Assembly: GCA_040289575.1 (NCBI GenBank)
Contig: PSLL01000006.1
Coordinates: 30,405-94,404 of the forward strand
Source of the DNA: Candidatus Dadabacteria bacterium
GTDB lineage: Bacteria; Desulfobacterota_D; UBA1144; Nemesobacterales; CSP1-2
Direction: 5' to 3'
Length of the DNA stretch: 64,000 bases
The notes under the pieces are model-generated. The model saw only the letters and a program-made list of their open reading frames with translations, searched no databases and was not told the DNA's origin. The position numbers and the translations under genes are program-made. This document shows, in pieces, positions 59,114 through 64,000 of the stretch (its first letter is position 1; the number at the start of each line of letters is the position of its first letter).

Positions 59114-60334
59114 TTAATCTAACATCCTCACTTTGGAGTAATCCGATATATTATCATATACCTTCATCAGTTTTCGGCTAATCACTGCCCAATCATAATG
59201 CGTCTCGACTAAGCGCCGGGCGTTATGAACTATCCTATCTCTAAGCCCTTTATCTGTAAGTAGCTGAATCACGCGCTCTGCAAACTCCGTCGGTGTGTCG
59301 GCAATCATTATGTTTTCTCCGTCAACTACACTTAAGCCTTCACAGCCGAGTGTTGTGGAGACTACGGGTCTCCCAAGAGCCATGGACTCCAGAATTTTTA
59401 GCCTTGTCCCCCCTCCCCCACGCAGGGGAACTATAGTGACCTTAGACCGCTGGTAGTAGGAAACTATATTCTCCACATAACCAGTAACAATCACGTTTCC
59501 TCGCTCCGCCAATTTACGAATCTCTGGAGTCGGTTCATGACCGACGACAATTAGTCTGACATCCGGAATACGGCGTTGAATGATGGGCATTATTTTCTCA
59601 CAAAAATACAAAATCGCATCAACATTCGGAGGGTATCCCATTACTCCAACAAACAGCAAGTTGTTGTTTCTAGAAATACATTCAAGGGGACGGTAGAGTT
59701 CCGTGTCAACCCCATTTTCAATAACTGAGAGGGATAATCTAGGATTTGCCGATTGTAGAATCCTGCCTTCAAGAGGCGAAACCACTAGGCAGTGGTCGAA
59801 CCTTTCGGCGTATCTTGCCTCCCATTTAAGCATCAGCAACCACTTTACCAAAAAAAGGGACTTTTGAATAAATCCCGTTCTCAGCCCCATCATCCGTTTG
59901 TATTGAATTGCACCGAGATTATGAAATGAGATTATCTTCTTACATCCATCGTTAATTGACTCAACATAGGGCGCAAGGAATGAATGTTCAATCTGAACGA
60001 CATCTACATTCCACTTTGTTAATACCTCATGAATTCTCGATGCCATTTCTTCATAAAAAAAGGGATGAGTCGCCAGTGGCCTGCCATTTAAAAGATCACA
60101 GATAATCCCAGAAATGTGTTCCCTAATAGAACGCGGCCTTTCCAGGACAAAATCCACGTAATCACAGTATTGTCTTAGTTTCTTTATATGCTCTACCTGC
60201 TCAGGTGATTTAATCAGGCTCAGCACCAAAACCGAATGATGCTTGGAGACATTTTTAATAAGATAAAAATCATGGATTCTCACTCCGCTGTCAGGCGGAT
60301 ATGGCAATCCAAATGTGATAAACAGTATCCTCAT
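59114..60334 (-). CDS. Glycosyltransferase family 4
   Basis: LPYPPDSG, IENGVD, FVGVMGYPPNVDA, VPLRGGGGTRLKILESMALGRPVVSTTLGCEGL. Confidence 0.92.
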   Translation of the reverse strand: MRILFITFGLPYPPDSGVRIHDFYLIKNVSKHHSVLVLSLIKSPEQVEHIKKLRQYCDYVDFVLERPRSIREHISGIICDLLNGRPLATHPFFYEEMASRIHEVLTKWNVDVVQIEHSFLAPYVESINDGCKKIISFHNLGAIQYKRMMGLRTGFIQKSLFLVKWLLMLKWEARYAERFDHCLVVSPLEGRILQSANPRLSLSVIENGVDTELYRPLECISRNNNLLFVGVMGYPPNVDAILYFCEKIMPIIQRRIPDVRLIVVGHEPTPEIRKLAERGNVIVTGYVENIVSYYQRSKVTIVPLRGGGGTRLKILESMALGRPVVSTTLGCEGLSVVDGENIMIADTPTEFAERVIQLLTDKGLRDRIVHNARRLVETHYDWAVISRKLMKVYDNISDYSKVRMLD

Positions 60335-61384
60335 CTAAGTGCAAGACTGGGGCTTAGACCTAAGACGGGACTCTTTTAAAAAGGAAAGTATGCCTATAAT
60401 CAATCCAACTCCACTGTATAAATAATTAAACCAATTCATTAAAATTGCCTTTATAGTGAAGGAAATCCCTTTTTCTCTCATTACAAATATATAAAACCCA
60501 CGGTTTAATAAAAGAAAGAATCCAAACAATAATACAAAAAGATAAAGACCACCGGAAAAGAAATATAGCCCAGGTAGATTAAACAAGAGCAAAAATGAGA
60601 CCGGAACACTGAGAACATTATTTACCTTGGTATTTAAATCATTTCTAAAAATCCTTTTATCTAACATTATTTTAGTCCAAGGTATTGCCCTATTTATTAC
60701 GTCTGATTTGATTAGGCTCAAGAGATTGTACTTCTTGCAGTGGGTTAACCGGATATTTTTATCCAGATAAATCTTATAACCGGATTGATAGAGTCTGTAT
60801 CCCAACTCTATGTCTTCAAGACTCTTATAATTTTCATTGAAGCCGCCCAATCTAAAAAATACGTTCCTTTTTATTGCTCCAAATCCACCGCAAAACGTTG
60901 CGGCATCTTCACGTGAAGTCTGATGGGTGTAATAATGAAATAGGTTTTTATAAACGGAATAAAAATTGGATGGAACTGTATTTTTTTGATATGAACAAAA
61001 AAGTGCGCTTATATCAGGAATATCCTTAAAAGCTTTTACTATTTGCCTTATTGTGTCCCTAGCGACAATAATATCCGAGTCGAGAAAAAACAACACCTCC
61101 CCAGAGGATGCCTCTGCGCCTCTATTCCTTGCTGCTGCGGGTCCGATATTTTTTCCCGTCCTAACTACCTTGCATGGAAAATCATTAACGATCCTGAGAG
61201 AATTGTCCGTTGAGTTATCATCCACAACGATAACCTCAAACCTCTTATAATCAGAACTAAATACAGATTTCAAACAAACATCGACAGTTTTTTCTCCGTT
61301 ATAAACGGGGATTACTATAGAAATAAAAGTATCTTCATTCATTTGGATTTTCTTAGGAACAGTAGTCGTCGGCTCTTTCATCAT
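60335..61384 (-). CDS. Glycosyltransferase family 2 with C-terminal TM segments
   Basis: SIVIPVYNG, VVDDNSTD, GPAAARNRG, FLDSD, GGFNE, LEDIELG. Confidence 0.92.
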   Translation of the reverse strand: MMKEPTTTVPKKIQMNEDTFISIVIPVYNGEKTVDVCLKSVFSSDYKRFEVIVVDDNSTDNSLRIVNDFPCKVVRTGKNIGPAAARNRGAEASSGEVLFFLDSDIIVARDTIRQIVKAFKDIPDISALFCSYQKNTVPSNFYSVYKNLFHYYTHQTSREDAATFCGGFGAIKRNVFFRLGGFNENYKSLEDIELGYRLYQSGYKIYLDKNIRLTHCKKYNLLSLIKSDVINRAIPWTKIMLDKRIFRNDLNTKVNNVLSVPVSFLLLFNLPGLYFFSGGLYLFVLLFGFFLLLNRGFYIFVMREKGISFTIKAILMNWFNYLYSGVGLIIGILSFLKESRLRSKPQSCT

Positions 61385-61414
61385 AATCTAAATCACAAAC
61401 TACATCTATCTCCC

Positions 61415-62464
61415 TCATGGCCGTGGCATCAACCTTTTCAAACCCGACCGCAATAAAGAGAATTTATTAATAAACCAGCATGCGGCAAAAGAGAGACTAC
61501 TATAAGAATAATACAAAAAATGCACTGGGATAGCAAAGAGCATAAATTTTATCCCTCTTCTTCGGAAGAGGAATGCGTACAACTCCCGATTGATAATCAG
61601 AAGAGCAAAGATTAGGATGAGAAAGATTGTAAAAAAAATCCTATCCATAATACCAAGGAAATCTACGGCATCCCAAAAGGCAAACGGAAGCTCAATGACC
61701 AATAATCCGACTAATAGGGCACTTATCCTGTGGGAAATCTGCTGGTTCAGGTCCCTCGGTAGAAATCCACTTTCGAGAATTAACCGAGACCACGGAACGG
61801 CGCGGTAAAAAATGTCGGTTTTTAAACAAGAGCCCCACGCCCAGCGCTTTAAGTGTTTAACTTGCAATTCTTTATCCAGCATGATTCGATACCCCCTTCT
61901 CCATATACGAAGCCCCAGTTCTATGTCCTCAATAGACGCTCTAGGATACCGAATTTCATCAAACCCTTTTAATTCACAGAAAACCTCTTTATATATAGCA
62001 CCACATCCAGCCCAGAACGTTTTTGCCTGTTTATTAGAGTTCTGGTGTATAAAGTAGTGAAAAAGGTTACGAAGTTGTGAGAGGAAATCAGTAGAAGCAG
62101 GGTTGTCATCGTAAGAACCGAATATAGCGGCAATGTCGGGATTTTCTTGGAAATCTGCAACTACGCGGGCAATAGTCCCTGGCTGAACCACAACGTCGGA
62201 GTCAACAAAGAAGAGGATATCTCCTTGTGCCTTACTTGTACCGTAATTACGTGCGGCTGCCGGGCCGGATTGATGCGGGAGCTTAAGAACAGTTGCTCCC
62301 ATCTTACGGCTGATTTCAGCGCTATCATCTGTAGAAGCATCGTCAACGACTATTATCTCGAAGGATTTATAAGAAGACGCGGCTAAAGCATTCAAGCACC
62401 GACTGAGATACTCGTCCCCATTATATACCGGAACTATAACTGATATAAAGGGTCGTTTGTCCAT
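61415..62464 (-). CDS. Glycosyltransferase family 2 with C-terminal TM segments (paralogue of 60335-61384)
   Basis: SVIVPVYNG, VVDDASTD, GPAAARN, FVDSD, GFDE, IEDIELG, RAVPW. Confidence 0.92.
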   Translation of the reverse strand: MDKRPFISVIVPVYNGDEYLSRCLNALAASSYKSFEIIVVDDASTDDSAEISRKMGATVLKLPHQSGPAAARNYGTSKAQGDILFFVDSDVVVQPGTIARVVADFQENPDIAAIFGSYDDNPASTDFLSQLRNLFHYFIHQNSNKQAKTFWAGCGAIYKEVFCELKGFDEIRYPRASIEDIELGLRIWRRGYRIMLDKELQVKHLKRWAWGSCLKTDIFYRAVPWSRLILESGFLPRDLNQQISHRISALLVGLLVIELPFAFWDAVDFLGIMDRIFFTIFLILIFALLIINRELYAFLFRRRGIKFMLFAIPVHFLYYSYSSLSFAACWFINKFSLLRSGLKRLMPRP

Positions 62465-62528
62465 TATCTGGTTCTATTTTGATCTATTCTCTCTAACACC
62501 AAGAACCCAACCTTTTGGCATTCTACAC

Positions 62529-63746
62529 CTATTTCCATGCCAGCGACCTCTCAAAGTAAGGCAAGGATAGGTGAGCTACAAGGCGCCCCGGGATCCATCC
62601 GCAGCGGTAGAGTTCCAGTCCGGCCTCAAAAAACCGACTGCGTAGCGTGGGACGGTTAGCGTTTTGACGTATCTGGTTGAAACGATAGAGTGCGAGGGAT
62701 ACGGCAATATCACGTGGCAATGTGCCTCTCCTATTAGCCTCGTCCAGCAGCCAGGAAACACTCGCACCGATGTGACTTTCTATAAACATCGCAATATTTG
62801 CTCTACTCACCGATGCGAACTCCATCGTACCGCCCAGTACACCGCCGGAGTTGGCCACAAAATCAGGCAAGCATAGAATTCCCCGCTCAAACAGCATACG
62901 TTCCGCTTCGGGCGTGATTGGATTGTTTGCACCGGGGCAGATGATTTTGGCATTGATAAGATGGGTGTTATCAGATCGAATGCTGTTATGACGGGCACAG
63001 GGGCAGAGGAGATCAACCGGCAGTTCAAGCAATGTAGAGCGGTCAATGTGATCCGCCTCTGTATAGAGGTCAACTACTCGACTGCCCACTTCCTCAGCAA
63101 GACTGATAAGCCGTTTTACATCCAGCCCTTTGGGGTTGTAAATCGCCCCTCTTGATGTAGAGACAGCCACTATGCGGGCATTTGTTTGAGCAAAAGCCCT
63201 TGCCAGTTCGCTACCTACCTTTCCGAAACCCTCAATCGCTATCTCGCAGTTAGAGATATTGATATTTAGGTACTGCGTTGCACATTTTGCCCCGGTAAAT
63301 ACCGTAAGTGCAGTATAGTAACCCGACTGTGTGCCGCGAAGCTCACGACGCCCGACCCGCACTCCGACCGATTTGAGCATGAATCTGATGTCGGCGTTAT
63401 TCGTACCCATATCGGTAGCAGGGAAATAGGTACGATTGATAAGCAGTGGTGCGATTGCCCGTCCAAACTCTGCAAGGCGCTGCCAGCGCTCTTCCTGGAG
63501 CGCTTCAGGATCGTAGCGCACACCCGCCTTCGCCCCCCCATGCGGTAGCCCCAGGAAGCCGTACTTTAGTGTCATAGCGCGTGCCAGTCCTTGCATCTCT
63601 TCTTCATCAATATCGGGCAACATACGAAGACCGCCGCATGAGCGACCTCCAACAGTTGAATCAATAGCAACGTAACCTATAACCTCCGAGCCTCGAGAAA
63701 CCGTATGAACAAACGGCGACACACATTCCTTTAAAATCGATTCCAT
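62529..63746 (-). CDS. Glu/Leu/Phe/Val dehydrogenase family protein
   Basis: GGLRM, LARAMTLK, GGAKAG, ATDMGT, IEGFGKVG, LCPCA, GANNP, PDFVANSGGV. Confidence 0.9.
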   Translation of the reverse strand: MESILKECVSPFVHTVSRGSEVIGYVAIDSTVGGRSCGGLRMLPDIDEEEMQGLARAMTLKYGFLGLPHGGAKAGVRYDPEALQEERWQRLAEFGRAIAPLLINRTYFPATDMGTNNADIRFMLKSVGVRVGRRELRGTQSGYYTALTVFTGAKCATQYLNINISNCEIAIEGFGKVGSELARAFAQTNARIVAVSTSRGAIYNPKGLDVKRLISLAEEVGSRVVDLYTEADHIDRSTLLELPVDLLCPCARHNSIRSDNTHLINAKIICPGANNPITPEAERMLFERGILCLPDFVANSGGVLGGTMEFASVSRANIAMFIESHIGASVSWLLDEANRRGTLPRDIAVSLALYRFNQIRQNANRPTLRSRFFEAGLELYRCGWIPGRLVAHLSLPYFERSLAWK

Positions 63747-63767
63747 TGTTTGTTTCTTTTGCCTTAT

Positions 63768-64000
63768 CTATCTCTTAATCGCCTTAACAGCCACAAAATA
63801 GCCGGTCAGAAATCGCGTTGGCCAGCTTGATAGGTGTTCGAAACTCATCAAAAGGTGCAAAAAACGTCTTTGTATCTCCCGCCCAACATACCTTTCCAGC
63901 ATACGGGACATTGCCATCGTAAACATTCGGGGGAAATGCATTACGGCGCTGACTTCAAGCACCTCTAAACCTATATGCTCTAAGTGATGGCGCAAAAGGC
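63768..64000 (-). CDS. 3' end of a gene entering from the right edge, possibly a class I methyltransferase (partial)
   Basis: The frame is open to the window edge. LEHIGLEV...HFPR...TGYFVAVKAIKR resembles a methyltransferase C-terminus. Confidence 0.45.
   Translation of the reverse strand, partial: LLRHHLEHIGLEVLEVSAVMHFPRMFTMAMSRMLERYVGREIQRRFLHLLMSFEHLSSWPTRFLTGYFVAVKAIKR

Noticed and set aside
1..64000. CRISPR array, prophage, integron or intact IS element
   Set aside because: I saw no regularly spaced direct repeats with unique spacers, and no cas, integrase, transposase or phage structural ORFs.

Overview
A 64 kb bacterial chromosomal window from a diderm organism (TolC, Skp and MlaD present). 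The gene content looks Desulfobacterota/'Deltaproteobacteria'-like, but that is an unverified impression. Positions 1-43 kb hold housekeeping and transport genes: two GT4s, livG/livF, MscS, mutL, yacG, efp, DedA, a KimA/YdaO-like APC permease behind a clear c-di-AMP (ydaO-yuaA) riboswitch, a TetR-MFP-RND-MFS efflux module with a divergent TolC, purH, mlaD, tRNA-Gly(CCC), a murQ-anmK-nagZ peptidoglycan-recycling cluster followed by skp and a sodium:solute symporter, a 2-oxoacid:ferredoxin oxidoreductase, and an isolated nuoI. Positions 43-64 kb are a minus-strand surface-glycan cluster: wzm/wzt, many GT2/GT4 genes, a GT10-like gene, Stealth, a sulfotransferase, an Anp1/Mnn9-like GT, a Zn-ribbon/methyltransferase/DUF3048 fusion and a Glu/Leu/Phe/Val dehydrogenase. 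About a dozen accessory genes are broken by in-frame stops, short deletions or homopolymer frameshifts while core genes stay intact, which points to ongoing gene decay or partly to assembly error. I found no CRISPR array, prophage, integrase or intact transposase. Intergenic GTAG-type REP palindromes and heptamer repeat tracts are present. The strongest novelty candidates are the methyltransferase-DUF3048 fusion, the riboswitch/uORF/KimA-like locus, an EF-P with Gln at the tip position, a putative RSPP arrest-peptide leader and the symporter linked to peptidoglycan recycling. All family assignments come from recognising motifs by eye, without database searches.
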